DNA of 64,000 nt from an uncultured Parabacteroides sp. (GTDB lineage: Bacteria > Bacteroidota > Bacteroidia > Bacteroidales > Tannerellaceae): assembly GCF_905196875.1 (NCBI RefSeq), contig NZ_CAJJWO010000003.1, positions 12,382 through 76,381 on the forward strand. The letters run 5' to 3'. The notes under the pieces are model-generated. The model saw only the letters and a program-made list of their open reading frames with translations, searched no databases and had not been told where the DNA came from. The translations under genes and the position numbers were made by a program. This document shows positions 28,228 to 36,829 of the stretch, in pieces. The stretch's first letter is position 1. Each line of letters opens with the position of its first letter.

Positions 28228-28297
28228 AGCTAATATGTTTTGTTACAGGCAAAGATAGGATATATTATTGAAAGAGTGCAGGGATAACTGCTAAAAT

Positions 28298-29839
28298 TTA
28301 TATCTCATCCGGCCAGGGGCAAGGCTTGCCGCTTACCTTAAACGATGGGCGCTGTGCTTCCATCTTTCGTAGCTGCTTGCCCAGGTCTTTGGATAGTTTC
28401 TTTACCAGTTTGGGATGGGTAGCGGACAGGTCGTTCTTTTCGCCTATATCGTTAGGGATATTGAATAACTCTTTCTTTCCCGTTTCGTAATAGTAGATCA
28501 GTTTCCAGTCTCCCTGGCGGATCGTACAGGTTGCTCCGATACCCGGACCGGTGTTTCCCCAAAGGTTCGGGAAGTTCCAGTAGAGGCTACGGCCCTTGGA
28601 GGGGTCGCCGGTGTTGGTCAGTAGCGGCATGAAGCTGATACCGTCGACAGGCTGGATCGTTTTGTATTTCTTTACCCCGGCCATTTCGAGGATAGTCGGG
28701 AAGAAGTCTTCGATGATGAGATATTTGTCTGTCTTGGTTTGCGGCTGTACTTTTCCCGGCCAGCTAACGATCATTGGTTCGCGGATACCACCTTCATAGG
28801 CAGAACCTTTACCGCTGTTCAGCGGGGAATTCTGGGTATGGGGTTTGCCGTCGCGCCATTCCGGTTCGGCTGCCAGTCCACCGTTATCCGACATGAAAAG
28901 GATAATGGTATTATCTGCCAGTTTATTCTTCTCCAGATAATCCATAATGTCTCCCAGGCTCTTATCCATTCCTTCGATCAGGGCGGCATAAGCGGCCTCT
29001 TTCTCTCCCAGCCCCTTGTCGATATACTTCTGATAGAAGCGCATATCTTTATCGATCGGGACATGGATAGCATAATGCGACATATACAGGAAGAACGGCT
29101 GATCATATTGCTGTGCCTTATCCAATGCCTTCACCGCTTTCTGGGTTAAGGCTTCCGTGATGAAGATATCTTTTCCCCAATATTCATCCAGTCCCGGAAC
29201 GGCAAACCAGGGACTCGGTTTCCCGTCTGTCCGGTTACCGAAATTAGCTTCTCCAAGATAGCTGGCGAGTCCGCCGCCGGCATGTCCGGCAATATTTACT
29301 TCAAAGCCGAAGTGGTACGGGTTCTCTCCCGGTGTGTCGACTGCTCCCCAATGGGCCTTCCCGCAGTGGATGGTATGATAGCCGTTATCTTTTAAGATCT
29401 GAGCCATGGAAGTTACCTGGTAGGTATGTTCGATACCCGGGACTTCACAGATGCCGTTCACATTCCAATCCGGCAGTTCCAGTATATCGCTTTTGCGGTC
29501 GGTGGAAGCATTCTTCGGATAAGTCCAGTTCGTTACCCGGTGGCGTCCGGCGTTCATGCCGGTATAGAGGCTGCAACGGCTCGGTGAGCTGATACTCGAC
29601 GCATACGCCTGGGTGAACATCATTCCCTGACGGGCGAGACGTTCCATATTGGGCGTTTCGTATACTTCATTGTAAGGGGTCTTTTCTTTCCAGAAAGGGA
29701 GGGAAGTATCCTGCCAGCCCATATCATCTACTAAGAAGAGAATAATATTCGGCCGATCCTGCGGCTTTGCCGCTTCGGCTTGTCCAGTCGTTCCCAGTAA
29801 AGGAATTGCAGCCAGGGAAAAGAATAGTCTCTTGTTCAT
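28298..29839 (-). CDS. S1-family sulfatase (Ser-type)
   Basis: Signal peptide; PNIILFLVDDMG, SSPSRCSLYTG, GKAH, SDNGG, GKGSAYEGGIREP. Confidence 0.93.
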   Translation of the reverse strand: MNKRLFFSLAAIPLLGTTGQAEAAKPQDRPNIILFLVDDMGWQDTSLPFWKEKTPYNEVYETPNMERLARQGMMFTQAYASSISSPSRCSLYTGMNAGRHRVTNWTYPKNASTDRKSDILELPDWNVNGICEVPGIEHTYQVTSMAQILKDNGYHTIHCGKAHWGAVDTPGENPYHFGFEVNIAGHAGGGLASYLGEANFGNRTDGKPSPWFAVPGLDEYWGKDIFITEALTQKAVKALDKAQQYDQPFFLYMSHYAIHVPIDKDMRFYQKYIDKGLGEKEAAYAALIEGMDKSLGDIMDYLEKNKLADNTIILFMSDNGGLAAEPEWRDGKPHTQNSPLNSGKGSAYEGGIREPMIVSWPGKVQPQTKTDKYLIIEDFFPTILEMAGVKKYKTIQPVDGISFMPLLTNTGDPSKGRSLYWNFPNLWGNTGPGIGATCTIRQGDWKLIYYYETGKKELFNIPNDIGEKNDLSATHPKLVKKLSKDLGKQLRKMEAQRPSFKVSGKPCPWPDEI

Positions 29840-29857
29840 ACTTGTATCTTTTGAATG

Positions 29858-32800
29858 TTATTTGTCGATTGTTATTTTGCCCGGGGCAGATACCGGGATA
29901 CTCCGTAGTTCCCGTTTGTTCCCGGATTCTACCCATACATTGACGGTTCCCGGACTAAGAACATCCAGGGTGAGTTGTTTGTCATTACGGGTAAGGATAC
30001 GGACTGTCGACGGCGAAAGGAATTTTTCCCGTACACCGATGACTGCCCAACCGTTGATGACAGGGCAGAGATGATACAGTCGGTCGGTGAAACCTTCCAG
30101 CCCTATCTGTTCATCCGTAGTCAGTTCGGTAGCAGTCTGTTTAGCCCAGTCGTAGAGGATGATCCGCTGATCTTCGGTAGCAGCTTTCTCCGTCATCGTT
30201 TCACGCAGCAGATAATCGGCTTTACCGATCGTTGCCTGCACGTTATGATGCAGAGGAGAAGTGTTCAGGTTATAGCATATCAGCGATACGGCTTCATCGC
30301 CGGTAGGGGCGAATACCCGGTAAGCCTTGCCATCCTGCAGCGGGTTCGTGATAACCGATTCGGGTGTCGGGATGGCAGGAGCCTCGGGACGAAACAGCTT
30401 TCCTTCCTCATCGATCAACGGTACTATGTTTTCTTTGATGAAATCAGCGGGAGAGTCCGACAGATAAACCGGGCCGCCGGACAGGGCTTTCGACCGTGCC
30501 ATCAGGCTTCCGCAGATAGTATCGCAGGAATGGAACATATCATGGTCGGGCCAAACCGTTTGCCCTTGCAGCAATGTATTGGTATAACACTGGAACAGAT
30601 GCGATTTCGCCATGTCTTCATCATATTTCTTGTAATCGATACTGACACGGGTTACACCACTATATAATGTATGGTCGATGTTCAGGATATTCTGCGCCAT
30701 GCAGTTCATCAGGCCGACCTGCCGGTTGTGCGTTTGCTCTTCCAATGCCAGATTACACGCTTTAGCCTGATGTATAACTTCCGTATTTCCCATGTAAAGG
30801 GGCAACAGGAAAGACTGGTTATCTATTTTAAGGAAATCGAAACCATAGTCTTTCAATATCCCGACATAGTATTGGTAGAATGCCCCGATATCCTCCTTCT
30901 CTTTTCCCGGAAGCATACTTCCATTATAGAGGTAAAGCGATTGTTTGATCTTTTCCGGGAAATCGTTTTCCGGCGATATCCCCATCCAGTAGCCGCAGAA
31001 GTTATACCATAACCCCATCCATTTTACTTTATTCTCCTTTTTCCGGGCCATGATGTTTTTCCATCCGTTAGGAAACCTCTCCTTATCCGGCACGAAGCTG
31101 GTAAGCTGGCGGTTCTTATTCGCCAGGTGTCCGTCGTCTATCAGGACATAACGGATAGGAAGGCCGGACGCTTCGATACCATCCAGGTCGTTCAACATCT
31201 TTGTTTCGTCTATGTCGTAATGGTAATGCTCCCATGAACACCAACCCAAGTAGTTGAACGCTTCGAAGTAGTCTTTATCTGCTCTTTTCTTCAAAGCGGA
31301 CACTTCCCGGTTGCCGATCAGTGTGGCATATGCTTTATCGATAGCGTCGTAAGCCGTTACACCTTTTTCTGCTAACAGGACAGGAGCTTGCGGATTGAGT
31401 GTGTCTGTTCCTAATGTAGAGAGATAGAGGGTGAGCGAACCGTCTTTGTTAACCCGGAACCAGCTGATACTGTTATCTCCGGCTACCGCTTTGGTATATA
31501 AGAACTGCCCGTCGGTCAGTTCCAGTAACAAGGCATCACCTAATACGGAAGGCGCTCCGTTTGAAGGAATCCCCGCATAAGTATCCTTCGTCAGGTCGTC
31601 CAGACGGGTGAATACCCAGGGTAATAACCGGTTGGTATTGTTCGGCCACTGATAATCGCCGGGACGGGAATCGCGGCTGAAGAAGATACCTCGTTTATAT
31701 TCCGGGATCTCTATCTTATAAGACAGGGTTTGCTGTCCTTCAGGAACGGCCTGTTCATAGAATACAGGGGCCTGCAACTTCGCCAGGCTGATTGCCTTTG
31801 TCATCTGAAAAGTTGCTATATCTTCGAACATCTTACCTTTCTCATAGACAAACGAGGGCTGTACGTTGTAGACACTGAAGTCACGAATATCCGGTTGTGC
31901 TACCGATTGGGAAACCGTCAGGCGCAAAGCCGAAGCTTCGACTGCCGGGAACTGCTCGATCCGTTTATGTCCGACCGACTCGCCCTCGCAGACTGTCTGC
32001 CATTTGCCGTTTACTTTGGCTTCTACCTTATACCGGCGGATACGTTCACCATTGGCTATATTCTCTTGGATGATGCAATGGTTGACAGCCTGCGTTTTGT
32101 CCAGCTTCAGTGTCAGGCTTTTCTTTTGTCCCGGATTATAAGCCAAAGGAGAAGAGAAACGGCGGTTGATCTCATCGCCCCATTCTTTCAGCCGCTCTAC
32201 GTCGCCCGCAGGAATAAGACCGGTAGTATCGGGAGTAAGGCCGACAATCAGGGTGGCGTTGCGGCCTACCGACTTATAATACATATTCATCAGGCTGTCT
32301 ACCGGATAGATGGTATTCTCGTCGTCCGGTTCCCAGAACCATTCATGCCGGCCGTTCATGCCACGCAGCGGAGTGTCTGCCATAGCCGGTACCCAGTATT
32401 TACCGTCTTTGTCGCCATGTTTCAGCAGGTCGTTATGGTTGCGGCTTCCTTCCGTATTGTTACTGTGTGAGTAAGGGTAGGGGAAAGAAGACCAGCAGGG
32501 ATAACCGACCGTGCCCGACTCGGAACCGCCCCAGCGGAAGTCCGCCCGGTCTACGTTATGATAGAAGAGGCATTCAGGCTGGTATTTGCTGACGATCGGT
32601 AATACATTCGGTCCGTCGCCTTTCGGATCGTCTGCGCCACCGTCGAACCAGATCATAAACAAATCCCCGTAGCGGCTGCACAGTTCTTCTACCATGCGCT
32701 CGCAAAGATGCTTATACCATTGTTGACGGTGGACGGCAAACTCTCCCTCTCCCTGTACCTTGAAATTATGAACGCCAAAAAGTGAATTCCATCGGATACC

Positions 32801-33241
32801 GACATAAATGCCCGGCATTATATCGTATTTACGGCAGGAATTGACGAAGTCGCGGATAATATCCCCTTTCCCGTCGCCCCATTTCACCGCTTTCAGGCAA
32901 TACGGATTTACATCGCTCTGGTAAATGGCGAAACCCGTTTCATGCGTTGCCGTCAGCACGGCAAACTTCGCCCCGGCCGCTTTCGCCGCCTGCACCCATT
33001 GATCGGTATCGAGCTGTGTGGGATTGAAGATATTATAATCCTCTATCGGCTGGACGCGGTTGTTACCCTGACCATACTTTATACCGTCGAAAACGTGCAG
33101 GTCGTAATGGAAGACTACGCCCATTTCCGATTCATGCCATTTCAGCTGATGAGGTGCAGGGCGGGGAATATCGTTCTGTTGTCCCGTTGCCGGGAGAATA
33201 CTTGCTATCAGTAAGATTGCCAGATAAAAATGTGTTTTCAT
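29858..33241 (-). CDS. GH29 alpha-L-fucosidase + F5/8C domain fused to a Sip1/raffinose-synthase-type GH36 alpha-galactosidase
   Basis: N-half: FNPTQLDTDQWV, LTATHETGF, WFDGG, YYKSVGRNA, GERIRRY..GHKRI. C-half: GWCSWEHY, LIDDGH, FLKIDNQ, PDHDMFHS, SGGPVYLSD. ATG at 33241 preferred. Confidence 0.85.
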   Translation of the reverse strand: MKTHFYLAILLIASILPATGQQNDIPRPAPHQLKWHESEMGVVFHYDLHVFDGIKYGQGNNRVQPIEDYNIFNPTQLDTDQWVQAAKAAGAKFAVLTATHETGFAIYQSDVNPYCLKAVKWGDGKGDIIRDFVNSCRKYDIMPGIYVGIRWNSLFGVHNFKVQGEGEFAVHRQQWYKHLCERMVEELCSRYGDLFMIWFDGGADDPKGDGPNVLPIVSKYQPECLFYHNVDRADFRWGGSESGTVGYPCWSSFPYPYSHSNNTEGSRNHNDLLKHGDKDGKYWVPAMADTPLRGMNGRHEWFWEPDDENTIYPVDSLMNMYYKSVGRNATLIVGLTPDTTGLIPAGDVERLKEWGDEINRRFSSPLAYNPGQKKSLTLKLDKTQAVNHCIIQENIANGERIRRYKVEAKVNGKWQTVCEGESVGHKRIEQFPAVEASALRLTVSQSVAQPDIRDFSVYNVQPSFVYEKGKMFEDIATFQMTKAISLAKLQAPVFYEQAVPEGQQTLSYKIEIPEYKRGIFFSRDSRPGDYQWPNNTNRLLPWVFTRLDDLTKDTYAGIPSNGAPSVLGDALLLELTDGQFLYTKAVAGDNSISWFRVNKDGSLTLYLSTLGTDTLNPQAPVLLAEKGVTAYDAIDKAYATLIGNREVSALKKRADKDYFEAFNYLGWCSWEHYHYDIDETKMLNDLDGIEASGLPIRYVLIDDGHLANKNRQLTSFVPDKERFPNGWKNIMARKKENKVKWMGLWYNFCGYWMGISPENDFPEKIKQSLYLYNGSMLPGKEKEDIGAFYQYYVGILKDYGFDFLKIDNQSFLLPLYMGNTEVIHQAKACNLALEEQTHNRQVGLMNCMAQNILNIDHTLYSGVTRVSIDYKKYDEDMAKSHLFQCYTNTLLQGQTVWPDHDMFHSCDTICGSLMARSKALSGGPVYLSDSPADFIKENIVPLIDEEGKLFRPEAPAIPTPESVITNPLQDGKAYRVFAPTGDEAVSLICYNLNTSPLHHNVQATIGKADYLLRETMTEKAATEDQRIILYDWAKQTATELTTDEQIGLEGFTDRLYHLCPVINGWAVIGVREKFLSPSTVRILTRNDKQLTLDVLSPGTVNVWVESGNKRELRSIPVSAPGKITIDK

Positions 33242-33252
33242 GTATATGTTAT

Positions 33253-34707
33253 TTACAGACAATTCATAAAAGGATCGTTTGTCTTCTTCAACCAGTCTTT
33301 TAGCTGGTTTGAAAACTGCTTAATCAGTTCCGGCTGATCGGATGCAATATTGTTTAGCTGGTACGGGTCTTGCTCGCGGTCGAACAGTATCCACTCGTCA
33401 GTCTGGCCGTTTGTAGCGTGTACGACAAATGTATATTTTTTAGTCCGTAATCCTCTGTATCCGGTTGTTAAATTTTCAGGGAGAAGATAATAATAAGGCT
33501 GTACGATCTCCTGCTCCTTCTCCGGTGACAGGATGGAAGCAGACAGGTCGAAGGTCTGGACCTCTGCCGGTATCTGGTCTTTGAATCCCATTAATGATAA
33601 AAGAGAAGGACACAGGTCGGCAAAAGCGATCATCAGGGTAGAGTCCCTGCGCGGTGCAATCTTTTCCGGCCAGCTTATCATCATCGGGATGCGCATAGCT
33701 TCCTCGTAATAGATATTCTTACCGATATGGTCGTGCATACCCATGCTGTCGCCGTGATCGGAAGTGAAGACCACGATCGTATTGTCGTACAATCCCTGTT
33801 CTTTCAGCTGGCGGATAATGCGGCCGACTTGTTCGTCTACTCCGGTCATACAGGCATAATAATCGAGCACGCTCTTGCGGTAGAAATCTCCCATTTCCGT
33901 CCCTTTGGGGGCGATGAGAGGGGAATTGCATAAAGTTTCGACATTTACGTTGCGGTAGATGTCTTTGTATTTGTCGGGAACCAGTTCATATCCGGTATGA
34001 GGTGGGTTCATCGACACGACCAGGGCAAACGGTTTGTCTGCGTTGCGTAACTTATTATCTTGGTTGGCGATATAGTCTATGGCCCGGTCGGCTTCATATT
34101 CGGGTCCCCATTGGTCTACGAAATAGAATTCCTCGCGGGAAGCATCCGTATCCCAGTACATAGGTTTCAGGTGATAATCGTAGGTGCCATAGGCAATCCA
34201 ATGGGTGAAGCCATGGCGACGTTCCTTCGGGCACCATTCGTTCCAGGCGATCTTTCCTTTGTTGTTATTGGTTTCAATGTAAGGTTTATAAGGGGAGTCG
34301 AGATGCCATTTTCCGATGTATCCCAGTTCGTATCCCTGGTCTTTCAGTACATCCGACCAGCAACGGGCTTCGGTAGGCAGCTCTACATGATAGGGAGCCG
34401 TCTCTGAATTGCAGTTACCGGTTACTTTACTGTTTGTCGGATACATACCCGTCATCAGCATTCCCCGGGCAGGAGAGGAGACAGGGTAACTGCTGATAGC
34501 ATCCGTAAAATAGACCCCTTCGGAAGCCAGACGATCGAGATTGGGCGTTTGTACCGGTTCCAGTCCCAGACAACCCATTGCCTGTCCGCGCCATTGGTCG
34601 GCCATGATGAATACCAGATTAGGGGAAGAAGACTTCTTCTCTGCCTGTATCTGGTTGGCAACCAGGCAGGAAGTAAGTAATAACAACTGTTTGGGTAACT
34701 GTTTCAT
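33253..34707 (-). CDS. S1-family sulfatase (Ser-type)
   Basis: PNLVFIMADQWR, VSSPARGMLMTG, GKWHL, TSDHGD. Confidence 0.93.
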   Translation of the reverse strand: MKQLPKQLLLLTSCLVANQIQAEKKSSSPNLVFIMADQWRGQAMGCLGLEPVQTPNLDRLASEGVYFTDAISSYPVSSPARGMLMTGMYPTNSKVTGNCNSETAPYHVELPTEARCWSDVLKDQGYELGYIGKWHLDSPYKPYIETNNNKGKIAWNEWCPKERRHGFTHWIAYGTYDYHLKPMYWDTDASREEFYFVDQWGPEYEADRAIDYIANQDNKLRNADKPFALVVSMNPPHTGYELVPDKYKDIYRNVNVETLCNSPLIAPKGTEMGDFYRKSVLDYYACMTGVDEQVGRIIRQLKEQGLYDNTIVVFTSDHGDSMGMHDHIGKNIYYEEAMRIPMMISWPEKIAPRRDSTLMIAFADLCPSLLSLMGFKDQIPAEVQTFDLSASILSPEKEQEIVQPYYYLLPENLTTGYRGLRTKKYTFVVHATNGQTDEWILFDREQDPYQLNNIASDQPELIKQFSNQLKDWLKKTNDPFMNCL

Positions 34708-34730
34708 AGTGACTTATTAATGTTTAATAC

Positions 34731-34843
34731 CCTATCTTTTAATCTTTCGACAGCTGTCAAATGATCTTTTGCCATTTGTAGAATTATCTTTTAATAGATG
34801 GCAAAAGACTGTTTGCCATTTGCCGAAAGATTAATGGATAAGG
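34731..34843. repeat. ~110-nt imperfect inverted repeat (REP/MITE-like)
   Basis: TTAATCTTTCG...TCTTTTGCCAT pairs with ATGGCAAAAGA...CGAAAGATTAA. Confidence 0.8.
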
Positions 34844-34908
34844 ACTTTCGTATTAGTTACTAACTAGTTTTGCATTAGTTGCTAACCGGTTTTGTGTTAG
34901 CCTCTCCC

Positions 34909-36816
34909 TTATTTCTTAGCACTTGTTCCCGGTTGCACATCCCAACCTGGGTTCTGATAGATGTAAGCAGAGCTTATGTCGCCACCCTTATCCGGTGTAC
35001 TCAGGCGGATCACGTCGTAGGCGATAGGAGCCAGGTAATGAGCCTGCATGAAAGTATATCCGTTGAATGCCTTATTGTTCTTATGTATCTGGTACGGGCG
35101 GATATATTTGCTGGCACGGCCGGATACGTTCGGTTCGTCGGCTTCACCTTCCGGTTTCAGGTCGTCATATAGTTTGTAGTTTTCGTCCCACAGGTTGAAA
35201 CCTTCCATCTGGTAATTCTTCATCTTATCGAGTGCTCTCCAACGGTACAGGTCATCCAGGCGCAAACCTTCGGCAATGAACTCCGAACGGCGTTCGCGGC
35301 GGATATTATACAATGTTGCATTTACCTGCTGATCTCCGGAATAGACTGCCAGGTCGTTTTCCTTGGACAGGTCGGTGGCGGCAATTGTTTTCTGTATATC
35401 GTCGTCTACACCGGCTCTTTGGCGCAGAGCTTTCCAGTATGAGGTGCTCTTGGCATCCAGCGAGTTAGTCAGCAAATAGCTGGCTTCGATGTAGTTGAGG
35501 TAAGCTTCTGCCGCACGGAAGATCACACAGCCCGTGTTACTGGGGTTGGTTGCTCCCATACTCGGGTCCTGGTTCAGACCTTTACGCAAGGTGTATCCCG
35601 TTGTATTCTTATTCTCGGTGATGATGGTGATACCCGGACGGGTATATACATTCATCGGGTTGATCTGGTCGCCCGGAATGCTCATCGATTCGCGCAGACG
35701 GTTGTCGCGGTTGGCAGCTACATCCGCCAGTGTTTTATCTCCCTTATACCCTGAGCCGGAAGCATAGATAGGTAAGCCGTTCGTCATAAGATAACTTTCA
35801 ACCAGCGAACGGGTGAAGCCGGTGTTTCCGCAACCGTTGCCGCCGGGCTGTACTGTCTGTAAGTAAGATACGACATAGTGGAACACCTTCAGGCTGATAT
35901 CGTATTTTCTCCAAAGCAGTACTTCTTTTTTATCGGAGAGGTCGATGCTGTTGAACATGCTGGCATAATCTTCCAACGGAAAGTTATCGGCTACTTGTTC
36001 GGCTGAACTCTTGGCTTCTGACAAGAAGAACTGTATTTCGCTGTTCAGGTCGATATTGAAACCGTTCAGGTAGCTGGCGTTTGCACCCGGCCATCCCGGT
36101 CCGCCCGGAACACGGTCGGTTCCTGCATGATATTTCAACCAGGTTCCTTCATAAAGGGCTACTCTCGATTTCAACAGGAGGGCTACGTATCTGGTCAGGC
36201 GGTTGGCTTCGGGAGCTGTTTCCTTCATCATTTCGGCTGCTTTATCCAGGTCTTTCAGGATGAAGCGGGCTACTTCGTTCTGCGGACGGCGCTGGTTGGC
36301 TTCCGCCAGTTCCGAATAATCGTCCGACAGGGTCTTATCCACGATCGGGAAGTCGCCGTATTTTTTCATGAAAGTGAAATACTGAAAGGCGCGGAAGAAA
36401 TACATTTCACCGATATAATGGCGGATGTTGACATCCAGACCGGTAATCTTTCCTTCTTCGTATTTAGGCAGTACGGTTTCAAGGAAATAATTGCAGTCGC
36501 GTATCTTCTTGAAATCCCATTCGCCGCTGGTCGGTACGCGCCGTTCGCCGGGGATGAAGTTGTTTTCTTCCGTTGCCGAGCACTGGTTGTCGCTGTTATT
36601 GTCTGTTTTGAAAACGCCGACGTTGTATTCTCCCGGTTTATGTGCGGGAAGGGCGTCATATTGAGCGGCACCGAAACTGGCCAACTCGGCTTCCGTGTTC
36701 AGATAATGTTCTGACGTAACGGAGGAAAGGGGTTCTCTGTCGAGGAAATCGTTGCAGGCTGTAAAACAGAAAGCACCTGCAGCGAGTGATAATATGATGA
36801 TCGATTGTCTTTTCAT
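34909..36816 (-). CDS. SusD/RagB-family lipoprotein
   Basis: Lipobox FTAC; GEMYFFRA, FRAAEAYLNYIEA, RERRSEFIAEGLRLDDLYRW, QNPGW. Confidence 0.95.
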   Translation of the reverse strand: MKRQSIIILSLAAGAFCFTACNDFLDREPLSSVTSEHYLNTEAELASFGAAQYDALPAHKPGEYNVGVFKTDNNSDNQCSATEENNFIPGERRVPTSGEWDFKKIRDCNYFLETVLPKYEEGKITGLDVNIRHYIGEMYFFRAFQYFTFMKKYGDFPIVDKTLSDDYSELAEANQRRPQNEVARFILKDLDKAAEMMKETAPEANRLTRYVALLLKSRVALYEGTWLKYHAGTDRVPGGPGWPGANASYLNGFNIDLNSEIQFFLSEAKSSAEQVADNFPLEDYASMFNSIDLSDKKEVLLWRKYDISLKVFHYVVSYLQTVQPGGNGCGNTGFTRSLVESYLMTNGLPIYASGSGYKGDKTLADVAANRDNRLRESMSIPGDQINPMNVYTRPGITIITENKNTTGYTLRKGLNQDPSMGATNPSNTGCVIFRAAEAYLNYIEASYLLTNSLDAKSTSYWKALRQRAGVDDDIQKTIAATDLSKENDLAVYSGDQQVNATLYNIRRERRSEFIAEGLRLDDLYRWRALDKMKNYQMEGFNLWDENYKLYDDLKPEGEADEPNVSGRASKYIRPYQIHKNNKAFNGYTFMQAHYLAPIAYDVIRLSTPDKGGDISSAYIYQNPGWDVQPGTSAKK

Positions 36817-36829
36817 GATGCTTTAATTT

